DNA of 64,000 nucleotides from Narcine bancroftii (Eukaryota). The notes under the pieces were generated by a model that was not told the origin of the DNA, searched no databases, and worked only from the letters and a program-made list of their open reading frames with translations. A program made the translations under genes and the position numbers. The stretch is from contig NC_091478.1 in the NCBI RefSeq assembly GCF_036971445.1, positions 99,572,001 through 99,636,000 on the forward strand. Direction: 5' to 3'. This document shows, one piece after another, positions 1 through 12,410 of this stretch (position 1 is the first letter of the stretch; every line of letters begins with the position of its first letter).

Positions 1-329
1 GGTGGATGGATTTCCTCTTTATCTCCATTAAAATCACAGATGACAAGTGTTCTCAATAAATTAACCTAAATTTTATGCCAACACAGAGATTGGCTAATCT
101 CAAAGGGAGTGCTCTATACACTTTATTGCATCTTTCACTCCTCCTCCAACATTCATTTCCATGGTAGAGTGGAACAGCCTATTGTAATTCCAGAGTCTTG
201 TCAACATTTCTGAATGGGGGATGTTATTCTGGGATTAATGAAACCAAATGTCAGGAAGGGAACAACAAATAGAAGAAGACCAATGAGCGCTACTGTTCCA
301 CATTACCTTATGCTATAGAAGGGTGCCAT

Positions 330-590
330 TATGGCCCATCAAATCCATGCTAGCTCACAGAGCATGTCTTCTCTCCCACTAACTTTTCCTGCAACCTTTC
401 CTCCTCACACAACACAGTAGGGATAATTTACAACATCACTTAAACTACCAACCCACATGGCTGTGGGATGCGGGAGGAGGACACAGGGGAACCCAGACCA
501 TTGCAGGAAGAAACATGAAAGTCAATGGAGATTACGACTGAACTTGGAGAGGCAGAGAGCAGCTCTATGAGTTACACTACTTCACCAACA
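330..590 (-). mobile_element. Decayed HE1-like SINE
   Basis: Resembles the reverse complement of the SINE body seen in many window copies (tgggaggaaac..ggaaacccacgcag..aaactcc). Confidence 0.45.
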
Positions 591-934
591 TCTTTCATGC
601 TTTCATCTTTTTCAATTTTTTATTGGTTTTTGAATAATATATCTGATACTTAGATACATTTGATATAATGTTCAGGTAACAATAAATTAAAATTGCAGAT
701 AAGTTAGCAATGGTAAACAAGTTATTCATGACCATGTTATTAATAAAAAAAGGAAAATAAAAAAAAACAACTGTAATTAATCTAATTAAATTTCTAACCC
801 CAACCTATTATATGAGCGAATTACTGTCAAAGTCAGGCATCAACCACTAATTTCAAAACTAATAGGTTCAGAAAAAAAAGAAATGAAAAATGAAAAAAAA
901 ATTAATAAAGACCAAAAATAATTGATCCAAATTG

Positions 935-1054
935 CCCTGTTTCCGTGCTGTAATTGTTATATGGTTATATGAGGAGGGTACTTGGATCAGTGCAGACGAG
1001 AAGGGCCAAATTGGCTGTTTCCGTGCTGTAATTGTTATATGGCTATATGGTTAT
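935..1054 (+). mobile_element. Two tandem CR1-type 3' tails
   Basis: ctgtttccgtgctgtaattgttatatggYtatatg occurs twice (about 937 and 1014); the second follows gaagggccaaattgg, as in other CR1 ends here. Confidence 0.6.
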
Positions 1055-1352
1055 AAATTTTGAAAATAATTTAAAAAAGAACCTCAAAGAGAAAAAATAA
1101 TACTCATTTTAGTAGCTGAAAAACTTATTTTCTCTAGAGAGAGGGATGCAATCAAATCCGATCACTATTGTATCTGGGTAGGAGGGACATAATCTTTCCA
1201 CCCCAGCAGAATAAGCCTCTAGCAATGAGGGAAGCAAAAGTGACCACATGGGATTGAGATGGAGTCAAAATTAAGTCCATTGGTCCACTCATTCTAAAAA
1301 GAGCAATAAAATGGCTCAGGGAGAGATTTATATCAAGAATTAATGATAGTGT

Positions 1353-1646
1353 TGTGGCGGTACACCATTAGGCAGATGAACCGGCCCCACTTGTCACGCA
1401 GGGCAGCCGGCCAAAATGGCGCCACTGGGGGTTTCCTCCCGACCTCGGCACCGGGCTCAGAAGCCCGCGCTGGGTAACCCACGTGACTCCCCGGTGACGT
1501 TGGGGCCCCCCAGCGCGGTTTTCAGCCAGGTCCGGGCTGGGAGTATAAGACCAGCCAGGCAGCCTGCAATAAATCAGTTTTTGCTTACTGAACTCAACCC
1601 ATCTGGTTGTGCGATCCTCCAGTTAGCAGGGTAGCCGCTGCTACCA
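1353..1646 (+). mobile_element. Solo LTR inserted in the L1 fragment
   Basis: TG...CA ends with short imperfect inverted termini (tgtggcgg / ccgctgctacca), TATAA near 1544, AATAAA near 1568, CpG-rich; tgt duplicated on both flanks and the L1 sequence rejoins across it. Confidence 0.8.
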
Positions 1647-2367
1647 TGTACTAAATACCTCTTTCCAGTAGTACATGTTTCAAAATAGACTCCCATGTAT
1701 CTTCAGCAAACAGCTGTTGAAAGTCATGTTCTTAATGTTAGATAAAGAACTATTGCTAGATCTTAAAAGTAGTTCATAAAGGGCTGAAAGCAGTCCTTTC
1801 TGATTAGGTCTAAAATCTATATCTTGGGGAAGCCTCAATGTTAAAAAATTTAAGAATCTCCTAATATCTAAATAGTGGAAAAAATGTTGATTAGGCCATT
1901 TAAATTTGGTAGATAATTCCTCAAAGGAAGGAAAGTTTTGGTCTATATATAAGTCTAAGGAAGATTGAATACCCAAGCTGGACCATTGAGTATATCCAAT
2001 GTCTTGAACCGAAGGCTTTCATCTTTTAATTTATAAATTCCAGATACCCCTTTGAGAGCTTGCCTGCTGTGTTCAAAGATTAGCAGTGCTGAGAAGAAAA
2101 CTTCAAATAGTTTTCTTTCACTGACAAGCCTTCAAATTGGGTTAAAGTATTATTTTTCTTAAAAGGAATACGAATATTTGCATTACAATTGCTATATCAC
2201 AGTGACCCTCCTCATTTGTGAAGTTGGACTCCAGTACTTTTGCTGGAAATTTGCCCAGTAACCAAATTCCTCAGAAAATAATAAGTCTCACTGATAAAGA
2301 CAGTGTAGCAAATTGATTTAATAGACTTTGGGCTCAATCTTTTAATAAATAATCAACCTATATCAAA

Positions 2368-2719
2368 AGCCCCTTCTACTCTGGCATCCCAGTTAAATTG
2401 GCCATCAGTGTCCCAGTTCAAGAAGCTGTTTTTGCTGTTCCCACTGGGCCATTTTTAACCGGGACACTACCGCAAGTCATCCCGAGGGATACCATCAACC
2501 AGGAGGTCTCAGGATGCAACTTGTCCTATTTTCACTGGGTTAATCGGCACGCCGGAGTCCGCTGACGCAGGGGATGTGAGTAGGGGTCAAGACCATCAAT
2601 CCACGGCGTGATTATGCATGATTTGACACTGGTGTGCCAATTAATTTGCTTTTCCACTGGACTCTTAAGCAGTAAATTGGCTGTCAATTCCTGGAACAAG
2701 GTGCCAGTGAAAAGGGGCT
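2368..2719. mobile_element. PIF/Harbinger-like MITE
   Basis: Imperfect terminal inverted repeats agccccttctactctggca / tgccagtgaaaaggggct, with internal (t)ttcactgg / ttccactgg repeats. Confidence 0.65.
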
Positions 2720-3024
2720 CAAGTATTCCTGGTTGCTGAATCAACATCCATCATTTGAATGCAAGGATCCAACTTGTAACTACTGTTTGCATGTCAGCTT
2801 GGGGATGAATGGATGAGTCCTAAACTCACTAGGAGAATACCTTAGATTTGGAAAGTATAAGAATTTTCAAGTTGTGAAATACACTAAATAGTATTGGGGT
2901 GAAACATCTGTTCATGAAGAACAAATGATGAGATGTCCCAAATAAGGAACAAAAGTTATCTGTTACCATTCTTTTAAAATGGAATGGGTTTCTATAAAAT
3001 AATGTTTCTTCCAATGTGCTTTGT

Positions 3025-4275
3025 AGCAATAGTCAGCATGGTTTTGTGCATTGTAGGTAATGTTTAATGAATCTTGTAGAGTTTTTCAAGGAGGTTACCA
3101 AGAAGGTAGATGAAGGAAAGGCTGTGGATGTTGTCTACATGGACTTTAGTAAAGCCTTTGACAAGGTCCCACTTAGGAGGTTAGTTCAAAAGCTTAAGAC
3201 ACGGGGTATCCATGGAGAAGTTTAAACTAGATTTGAAATTGACTGTGTTGGAGAAAACAGAGAGTGATAGTGGATGGTTGTTTCTCAGACTGGAAGCCTG
3301 TGACAAGTGGTGCGACTCAGGGATCTTGGATGGAACCATTTTTATTTGTTGTCTATAGCAATGATCTGGATGATAATGTGGTCAAATGGATCAGCAAGTT
3401 TCCTGATGACACAAAGATTGGAGGCACTGTGGACAGTGAGGAAGATTTTCAAAACTTGCAGAAGGATCTGGACCAAGTGAGAGAATGGGCCAAAAAATGG
3501 CAGATGAAGTTTAATGCAGACAAATGTGAGGTGATGCATTTTGGAAGGGCAAACCAAGGTAGAACATACACAGTATATAGTAGGGCACAGAGGATTGTGG
3601 AGGAGCAGAGAGATGCATTGTTTCCTGAAATTGGTGTTGTAGGTGGACAGGATTGTAAAGAAAGCCTTTATAAATCAATGTATTTAGTATAGGAGTTGGG
3701 ATGTTATGTTGAAGTTGCTTAAGACATTGGTGAGGCCAAATTTGGAGTATTGTGTGCAGTTCTAGTTGCTAAACTATAGGAAAGATATCAATAAGATTGA
3801 AAGAGTGCAGAAAAGATTTACTAGGATATTGCCCGATCTTCATGAGTTGAGTTACAGGGAAAGATTAAACAGGTAAGGACTTTATTCCTTGGAGCAAAGA
3901 AGAATGAAGGGAGATTTGATAGAGGTTTACAAGAATATGAGAGATATAGAGAAGGTGGATGTGAGTAGGCTTTTTCACTTAGATTGGGGGAGATAAATAC
4001 GAGAGGTCATCGTTTTAAGCTGAAAGCAGAAATGTTTTGGGGGAACATTTGGGGAAAGTTCTTCACTCAGAGTGGAGGGAATGTGGAATGGGCTGCCATC
4101 TGATGTGGTAAATATGGGCTCATTCTTGAGTTTTAAGAATAGATTAGGCAGATGGATGGGAGAAATCTGGAAGGTTATGGAATGGGAGCAAATGAGCGGG
4201 ACGAGTGAAATAGTGGTCGACACAGACTAGAAGTGTGGAATGGCTTGCTTTATGTTCTGTAATATTCTATGGCTC
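3025..4275 (+). mobile_element. CR1 LINE, 5'-truncated (RT domain to 3' tail), decayed
   Basis: Translates to QHGF..EVTKKVDEGKAVDVVYMDFSKAFDKVP and SKFPDDTKIGG..WQMKFNADKCEVMHFG with stops and frameshifts; ends in a ttctat-type tail. Confidence 0.95.
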
Positions 4276-4824
4276 AATACTTCCATGGATTTGCTTTGCC
4301 TTTGAAGTGGTTGTACAAACCACTCAGTTTCATCGTTGAGAAATGGGTCTCATTCCAATTGTACCTGAAACTTGAAAATATTTCACTAAGTGGAAACCTG
4401 TTGTGGAATAAAACCTAATAATTTGCTTTGATTTGGAAAGCCTTTTGTTACTTTTGCCCGTACTCCTCAGAATTAGAAAGCAAGTGGCGATTTTGCCCTT
4501 CAATAACTGCCTGAATTAATGATGACTTGTTGGGGGCACTAATGCACTGCACCTGCGATTAATTAACTTGACAAAAAGCAAGCCTGCAACTAATCAAACC
4601 CACCAAGGGCTAAGTGCCAACAAAGCTATTTTACTGTAAGTGGTAAGTATGCACCAACTTCCATTGTAGTGAAACTCCTTTACATCTGTCACTGGGGGCT
4701 GGAAAAGATGTTGAATCTGTTGCATTCAGTGACAACTATCCTGTCTATCTACCCGTCAAAATGTATTCTACACCCTAACTCCCAGTTTTGCAGACATGGA
4801 ACATAGAAACATTTAAATTCTGGG

Positions 4825-5075
4825 TTTTTTTTTTCAAAATTCAGAGATACAGTGTGGTAACAGGCCCTTCCAGCCACAAGCCTGCCTAAATACCCGCATG
4901 TAATTAGTAAACCTCCTAACCCCGCACGTTTTGGGAACGTGGGAGGAAACTGGAGCACCTGGAGGAAACCCATGCAGGCGTCAGGAGAATGTTCAATCTC
5001 TTTACAGACAGTGGCAGATTCAAATTTAGGTAGTTGGTGCTATAAAAGCATCAGCTAACCATGACACTAACTACA
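4825..5075 (-). mobile_element. HE1-like SINE
   Basis: gtgggaggaaactggagcacctggaggaaacccatgcag; tRNA-like head near 5020-5070; CR1-like tail near 4850. Confidence 0.85.
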
Positions 5076-5512
5076 TTTCCTTTTTTTCTCTGAGAAAGCA
5101 AATTAAGTATAAATGCTGATGGAGGGATTGAAAGACTTCCCCAAATTTTCTTTCACATTTCTTGTATTCCAATGCTTCAAAAATATGGAAAAAGCTTTAG
5201 AATTGATGGTGAATCCAATGATGCATCTTAGACCTACGATGGTCTCATTGACCATTTTCATGCAGGATGGAAACCAGAGAAAATTCCTGATGCTTCAGTC
5301 AGCTTTAATGCCTTAGAACTAACCATCAGTTCCTCTTTTCTCTTGCGCTGCAGGTAATAGTTGAGACAAAAATGTATCCATTGCTGCTGTTTTTCCACAC
5401 ACAAGCTTATAATTAGCTTGGAAAAACCAATTAACTAATAACTTACAATAACTCCAAAAGTTTAAGATCACAAAAATCCAATTTTCAATCTGACAGGACA
5501 ATCCCCCAAAAA

Positions 5513-6546
5513 TGTTATGAGCCCAGAGGACCCCAAAACCCAGCAACAATACATATTCACCAAGACAAATGGTTACTTAAACAAAAGTTGCTTTTAATTA
5601 TCTTTAAACATTAAAACAGAATCACACCTTAACTTATCACTATTAACTTAATTAACCTAACTTAACCCCCTTCTAATTCTAAGCACATATATAATGTGTA
5701 TGTAAGTCAGAAAAGTTATTTGGTTCACAGTCCAATCTCGCCTCTCATTCCTCCAAGTTTACTGGTTGCAGGCAATTCTCATACTGTGCTCAGAATATAA
5801 CATTTATGAAGTTCACCAGGCTTTGGTGCTTGAAAGGTAAATGGTTACTGCTCAGGAAGGTTCTTGTCGGTTTTCAGAGAGAGATTTGTTGTTCTCTGGA
5901 CACCCACAACTGATTCCTTGTAACCAGCCACTTCAATGTCTTACTGAAGAAACTTGCCCCATCAGGGTTTTCCAGATGATAACCTCTTTCTTTCAGGTCA
6001 CCGCAGAGTTCTTTTTTGTTTCTCTTATTTCAAATGAAAACATTAGGCAGCCAGTCCTCTCCTCTTGTATGAACCACAAGGGCTTTACCAGGCTGAACTA
6101 AGCACTCACAACCCATCTTCCAAATGGGGTTTTTCCACAAGCTTGCCAGCTTTTCCTATTCCAGTCCCAGTTGTTGCTACTGCCTGTAAAACTAAAAAAC
6201 AGATTCTCTCTCTCTCTTTCAGAGAAAAGCCTGTTTTTCTCCACCTCTGCTTGCAAAACCACATGACCCACTTAGAACAGCAAGCAGCACTCCCAGACTT
6301 CCTGCGGCCTAATGGAACCTACTCCTCTGAGTTCTTTCATGTGTTGCTTTTTAAAACAACAATCCATTAGTGAAGTCTCTTGGGCACGCCCCAAAGTTTT
6401 TGCAAAGGCTCTTGGTGCCAGCCTGTCCAGCTTGAGCAGAGCTTCAGTATTTTAAATGAGATCTGCTTTGAAGTGTTTATATGTGACCTACACTAAAATC
6501 CCTGCCCCAATTTATCTCCCAAAAACATATCTATAATCTGTCACCA
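5513..6546 (-). mobile_element. Probable long solo LTR (about 1 kb)
   Basis: Block bounded by tgttatga...ctgtcacca (TG..CA) with a composition distinct from its flanks; no convincing TSD; strand tentative. Confidence 0.5.
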
Positions 6547-6549
6547 TAT

Positions 6550-6970
6550 AAAAGTGCTGGAGAAATTCAGCAGTAAAGGGTAACCAATGTTTCGGGCCTG
6601 AGACCTTTGTCAAGGTGTGAGTGAAAAGCAGTCATGCAGCTGAATTAAAAAGTTTAGGGCAGGATAGGAGAGGAGGGAGAAAGGGCAGAGGAGGATTAAA
6701 GACTAACTGGTAAGAAGTCATCATTGTGTACAGATAGGAGAGTAGAACCACAAAAAAGCTGACATGATAGGTAAAGGGGTAAGTCCTCTCAATGGAGAGG
6801 GAAGAGAAAGGGATGGGGAACTGGAAGAAAGGAGAGAGAATGATAGGGAAAGAGAGAGCGTCAGTGCAGGGGTTTAACACAAACTGAAAAAAGTCTATGT
6901 TAATGCCACCTAGCTGGAGACTGGTGAGACAGCATGTTTTTCCTCAAATTTGTGGGAAGCCTTGGTTTCA
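6550..6970 (-). mobile_element. Penelope-like element fragment (pseudo-LTR, purine-rich tract, GIY-YIG C-terminal remnant)
   Basis: gtgctggagaaattcagc..gtttcgggcctgagacctttgtcaagg and ctatgttaatgccacctagctggag, matching clearer copies at 13665 and 52341. Confidence 0.7.
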
Positions 6971-8233
6971 GATATAACTTTCAAAGGCCACCACTCACAG
7001 AGGAATGCAAAGAAAGACACTATCTCCCATCTATTCGCTTAACAGTTTTTTGAAGAAATGGAACATCTAGTAAGGCTATTGATCCCCTAATGCCAAAGAT
7101 CTGGGTTCATTCCTGACCTTGGAATTTGCACATTCTCACTGTGACCAAATTTTCTTCTGCATCCTAAAAACATGCAGGTTGGTTGGTTATTTAGCTGCTA
7201 TGAATCGTCCCTGGAGTGTGGATGAATGTTAGTATCTCTGGGGGTGGGTGTGCAGGGGATGTAGGAGGGGGGAGTTGCTCTACTAAATCTCCTAAGGAAC
7301 AGAAATCTGCCATCTTGACCCAATCTGATGTGAATGTTACTCCAGACCCATCAGTGTTAGCTGAGGTCTGGACTAGCTTCACAGTTCCAACTCAAGAACG
7401 CTTGAGCAACAGCTATCAATCACATCCACATCTCACAGTTGACCTCACACCGCAGTTTGTTGCACGCCATGAATTTGGTTGAGTTCCCTATTTTTCCAAA
7501 ATTAGGGCAAATTAAGATTTTTCAAAGGATGCCAATCCATCCTATGCCCCTTATGGAAGTTGGTCAAATGCCACGTTAGGCCTGGCACCACATTTCCTTG
7601 GGTTTCTCTTGGGTGCAGTTTTCTTTGTTGCCATGGGTAACTTCTAACTTCTGGCTGCCACTGTATGGGCATCTGGAGTGGGCCTGGTATACTCTACATG
7701 TCTATATTCTCTATCCCAAGGGCTGCATTTGTCAAATAGACCAATGGATCAGATTTAAATAGTCTTCAGTGGATTGGATGCAAAATGAAATTGGGCCTGC
7801 AGCATTTTTTAAATTAGAGAATAAATGTCAATTTACGAATGACGGGGAAATCTGAAATCTTCTCCCCAAGTCCAGGGTTGATGTCTTTGCTCAAAAACAA
7901 TATCCTGTATCACTTCACAGTTGATATCTCGCACTTGATTTGAGCCAAAACATCGAGAAGAGATGAGGGACTTTAAGGGTGATGGGGAGCAGGTCGTTAT
8001 AGAGCTGAGTCTATGGCTAGATAAACCTTTGCATAATGATGGAGCAGGTTCAAATGAGCCAGATAGCCCACTCCTATTTCTTATGTTTCTGCAGAGGTAA
8101 GTCATCCAATACACTCAGAATCTGAGGACTTGCTGTGGGCTATTCAACCCCTTCAACTTTTGTTTGAAAATGAAATGTATTATATAAATTATATAATTAA
8201 ACAATAGATACATGTAATATTTCTCTTCTATCC

Positions 8234-8607
8234 CAGTGGTTTTCAACCTTTTTCTTTCCACTCACATACCACTTTAAGTATTCCCTATGCCATAGATGCT
8301 CTGTGATGAGTAAGGGATTGCTTAAGGTGGTATATGGGTGGAAAGAAAAAGGTTGAAAACCACTGTTTTAATCATACCTCATTGACTCGTTATGTGCACG
8401 GTTTCATAACTCCAAAGGAAATGGGCCAATGACAACTTTTCTCAAGCAAAATATTTCAGTCACAATTGGGTCTAGAGCAATGATTCTCTGCATTCCCTTC
8501 CCACTCACCGACCACCTTAAGCAACCCCTTACTCATCACAGAGCACTGATAGCATAGGGATTACTTAAAGTGGCATGTGATTGGAAAGAAAAAGGTTGGG
8601 AACCTCT
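8234..8607. mobile_element. Composite hAT (Charlie-like) MITE, copy 1
   Basis: CAGTGGTTTTCAACCT termini; two inverted units of about 130 bp flank a spacer of about 112 bp; flanks ttctatcc / ctctatca resemble an 8-bp TSD. Confidence 0.85.
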
Positions 8608-8994
8608 CTATCAAATTAATAAAAGTATTAAAAAAAGAAATTAAATGTAAGAAGGCTACATTTTGCCCATCACCCCATCTTACTTCTGTAATTTTCACCA
8701 TCCTCAACAAGCCAGCACCCATCAGCTCATCGACCTGAAACATTGACATTGTCTCCCTGCTCATAAATGCCTCATGACCTGTCGTGTTTCCAAAATACTC
8801 TGCTTTTGCTTCAAAAACAGCAATTCCATTTTTGAACATTTCAGACAGCCACCAGATTTCTGTGGTGTTAAAAAAAAAGTTATAACCTTGTTTAAAAAGT
8901 TCATTCCAGCTGGTGCAAATTAAATTTATTGCTCAGGCACCCAGAACAGGGATTGGAGCTATAGAATGAATATGTATAACCAGAATATATAAAG

Positions 8995-9472
8995 TTCAGG
9001 TCACTCGTCTGAATGCTACTGGTACCATGTAACCCAGTGCTACTTGTTGCATGGTCGGGTGGTCAGCAACTAAACTGGCTCCCCCACCAGGTTTGCTTGG
9101 TGCAAAGGGTGGCTAGACACCTTGCAGAACAAAAAAAACTAGACCCCTCAAAGGGCAGACGAACCCTCTCAAAGGGCCAACAGCCATCTAGCAAACAAGT
9201 GCTGTGAAGCAAGGAAAGGGCATCCCTTGCACCGAAGCTTGGCCTGGCCATTCACTGCAACAGAACTTCCTCCAGCCGTCTTGGACCTCACCGTGCTGTT
9301 GGATCAGGAGGGGATGTCAAAAGGGTGGGTCTGGACCTGTGCACCCTTACTCACCTAAATCCATTCATGCATTCACTCTTCTTTTCTGAGGAGTGGGATA
9401 TCCTCATATCAAACCCCACACACTGACTGAAAGGAACCATCATCAACCTATGGGATGGATAGCCAGAAGAAG
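8995..9472 (+). mobile_element. Non-coding retroposon, probably RTE-dependent
   Basis: GC-richer block ending in gccagaagaaga, flanked by a duplicated ataaccaga (8976 and 9473); no credible ORF. Confidence 0.5.
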
Positions 9473-9776
9473 ATAACCAGATACAAAATGCAGGCTCAAG
9501 CTAAAGAGGTTGGACTCATAACTGTTTTGTGAGCTCTTCTCTCAATGATCCCTGATCATTCTAATATCACAAATTATCTCTTTCACTGAAGCCAATGACC
9601 TTCTGCTTAAGGTGTGCAATAGAAGTGAGATGCCTTCATTGTAAGAAGATATCAGTCCAGGTACAGAGACATTTTATTGTATTAATGTACTGTGTTTGTA
9701 GGATAATTGGGCGTATTGGGGGGGGGGGGGCGGGGGCGGGGGACATAGGTTGGGGGAGGGGAGGGAGGAACCTGAA

Positions 9777-9965
9777 GGTTCCAATAGCTCAGTGGTTAGA
9801 GCACTGATCTTGTAAACCAGGGACTGCGAGTTCAATCCTTGTTGAGGCCTCATCCCTGTGAAGGGTGCTGGACAACGTCTTCCTTACAGTAGACAAAGTT
9901 AAAGAGTGTTACGTATGTTACATCCTTAATGTAGTGTTACTTGACAATAATGGAACCTTTACCTT
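9777..9965 (+). mobile_element. tRNA-Thr(TGT)-derived SINE, copy 1
   Basis: Head ggttccaatagctcagtggttagagcactgatcttgtaaaccaggg..gagttcaatcc..gaggcct has A and B boxes and a TGT anticodon loop; the body is shared with the copies at 28354 and 56648. Confidence 0.85.
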
Positions 9966-10759
9966 CTAATGTGCTATATTGTTACTTTAAAAAAAATTAA
10001 ACAATAACTCCATTTTCTCTTCTACACTTGCAGACTTTACCCAGTACATTTTTTTTTAAATTCATATTTACTGCATCTGCAGCATTGAATAACCTGGCAT
10101 ATTGTGGCAGGGAGAGCGTTTCCCTTCTGATTGCTGTCTCATGCACCTTTCTCCCATTGGGTCACGTCATTTCAAGGGCGAACACCTCTGAGATTGGTGA
10201 GCAGTCTGTCATGTGATTCAGACCATTGTGACTCACTGCAAATTCAGTCCTGACAGTTCTCATTTGAGTTTGCACTGACTGATTGAGATGGCAATGCTAA
10301 ATTGTAAACTATTCTCAAATGAGAAGACATTGCCTTCTGACTTGCATTGCCACATATAGATTGCATGAACCAGCAAATTGGCAGCTTCTATTATGATAAA
10401 ATAGCAGAAATAGCTCAGGTTTAACTATGGTGAGAGAGGGAAAACATTGCAATTTGCTGAGAACTTCTTCAAAAGGGAGAATTGTATGACTCCAAGTTTG
10501 AAAGAATTGAGAGGTGAATTGTATTCAAATCTTATAATACATGCTCTCTATTTATATGTAAATTTAGTGGGTTTAAATTCTGCTGTTCATTTCCATATTT
10601 ATAAACAAATGAAAATCTTATAAGTAACTGTTAATCTCTGCTGCCTCTGTTATGAACGGATTTATTTGAAATTCATTTAAATTGTTTACTCTTGCTTCAC
10701 TTTTCCTTGGACTCCTTCGTACCCTGTGCCAATCACACCTGAGAGATTTGGAAAGGAAG

Positions 10760-10900
10760 AGGAAGACTTGCTTTTATACAGTGCCTCAGGGGAATACCAT
10801 GCACCCCACAGCCAGTGGAATGCTACTGAAAAGAAGTCATAATCATAAGTACCATTTCAAGCACAGGAACTTCCGAAAGAATCTTCGGCCAAAGATGCTT
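10760..10900 (-). mobile_element. Ancient Deu-domain (SacSINE/AmnSINE-like) remnant
   Basis: acttgcttttatacagtgcctcagg..acagccagtgga resembles the 3' part of these SINEs; highly decayed. Confidence 0.35.
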
Positions 10901-11344
10901 TCCTTCCACATGATGGTGAAACAAGAAGCAGGAGCATAGCAAGCCCTTGGGTCTCTTTAACCTTTTCCACCATTCAACAAGGTCATTTTTTTACCTCAGC
11001 AACATTTTACCTCAACACCACTTACTTGCCCTGTCCTCAACCCCATTGATTCCTCTCATATTCCAAAGTCAGGAGTAAAAGTTTATTTGTTGTTCAAAAC
11101 TCCAATGTTATCTTGTTTACTCGTCTTTAAAAAAAAAACAATTTGCATTCAACTCTTCCAACTGTGCCCCCGTGCAGCTTTGTTGAAACCACATGATGAG
11201 GGTTGTAAAAGTTAGTTTTGTTTACATCTGGTGGAAACTTTTGCACAGCCCAATGAAAAATCAGGCATGATGTTCAACATAGACATGTGGCTGAGGATTC
11301 TATAGTCTATGAATCCGTCTGTTCAGTCAGGAACAGCCTGCCTA

Positions 11345-12185
11345 TTATGAACATAGGTCACAAAATTTGTTGTTTTGCAACAACATTTCAAATATTGGTA
11401 TAGATTACATTTTTAAAAATAAATAAATGAGTGCAAAAGAAGAGTATGTGAGGGAGTGTCCGTTCAGAGATCTGATGGCAGAGGAAAAGGAAGCTGGTTT
11501 TGTACTGTTGGGTGATTATCTTCAAGGTACTGCACCTCCTTCCTGATATAGCAGCATGGCCTGAGGGGTGAGGGTCCTTGAGGATAGAGGCTGCTTTCTT
11601 GAGGCACCTTAATAGAGTGGACTGATGCCATGAAGGTGCTGAACTCTCTGGAACATTTTTTCCTGTCCTGTGCATTTGCACCTCCACATGAGGCAGTGAT
11701 GCAACCAGTCTGGAGGCTCTCCACACTTCACCTGTAGAAATTTGCTAGAGTTTGCCAAATCTCCTCAAACTCCCCTCGAATTATAGCCACTGGTGAGCTT
11801 TTATTCATGATTGCTTCGACATGGAGGCCCCCAGGACAGATCTTCAGAGATGTTGACACCCAGGAATTCAAAGTTCTTCAAACCCTTTCCCCTGCTGAGA
11901 CCTCAATGAGGACTGGCTTGTGTTTTCCTGATTTCCCCTTCTTGAAGTCCACCATCAATTCCTCAGTTTTGCTCATGTTGAGTGCGAGGTTGTGACACCA
12001 CTCAACCAGTTGATCTACCTCACTACTGTTTGCGCTTTCATTGTTACCTGTGATTCCACTGACAACCGTGCTGTCGTCAGCAAATTTGTAGATGGCATTT
12101 GAATTGTACTGACCCACACAGTCATGGGTGTCGACCAAGTACAGCAGTGGATTAAACACGCATCCTTGAAGTGCGTCTGTGCTAT
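11345..12185 (-). mobile_element. Rex1/Babar LINE, 5'-truncated (RT to 3' end)
   Basis: ORF 11878-12240 contains QGCVFNPLLY..THDC..IYKFADDSTVV..LVEWC..LALNMSKTEELMVDF; C-terminal ILKDPHP motif. Confidence 0.9.
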
Positions 12186-12199
12186 TGGGAATGAGATAC

Positions 12200-12410
12200 T
12201 TTTTAAACAGGCCCTTCCGGCCCATGAGCCTATGCCCCAAGATATACCACTAACCTACAACCCCTTACAAGCCCCATATGGTTTCAATGGTGGGAAGAAA
12301 CTGGAGTATCCAGAAGAAACCCATGCAGACACGGGGAGAAATTAAACTCCTTACAGACAGTGCCAGAATCTAACCCAGGCGCTGGCGTTAACCATTACGT
12401 TAAACGTGAA
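12200..12410 (-). mobile_element. HE1-like SINE
   Basis: ggtgggaagaaactggagtatccagaagaaacccatgcagacacggggaga..aaactccttacagacag. Confidence 0.85.

Larger units (their letters stand above)
605..2020 (-). mobile_element. L1-clade LINE 3' end (ORF2 C-terminus plus 3' UTR), interrupted by nested insertions
   Basis: ORF 1680-1976 reads FPSFEELSTKFKWPNQHFFHYLDIRRFL, typical of the fish L1 ORF2 C-terminal region; T-rich end with aataaa on the minus strand near 620. Confidence 0.75.

Noticed and set aside
5266-5353. Plus-strand exon candidate (AG..CAG|GTAATA; WKPEKIPDASVSFNALEL...)
   Set aside because: Weak acceptor, only one open frame, unrecognised peptide and no partner exons.
9777-9850. Functional tRNA-Thr(TGT) gene
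   Set aside because: Extra base in the acceptor stem, anticodon-stem mismatch, no oligo-T terminator, and it continues into a body shared with two other copies, so it is a SINE head.
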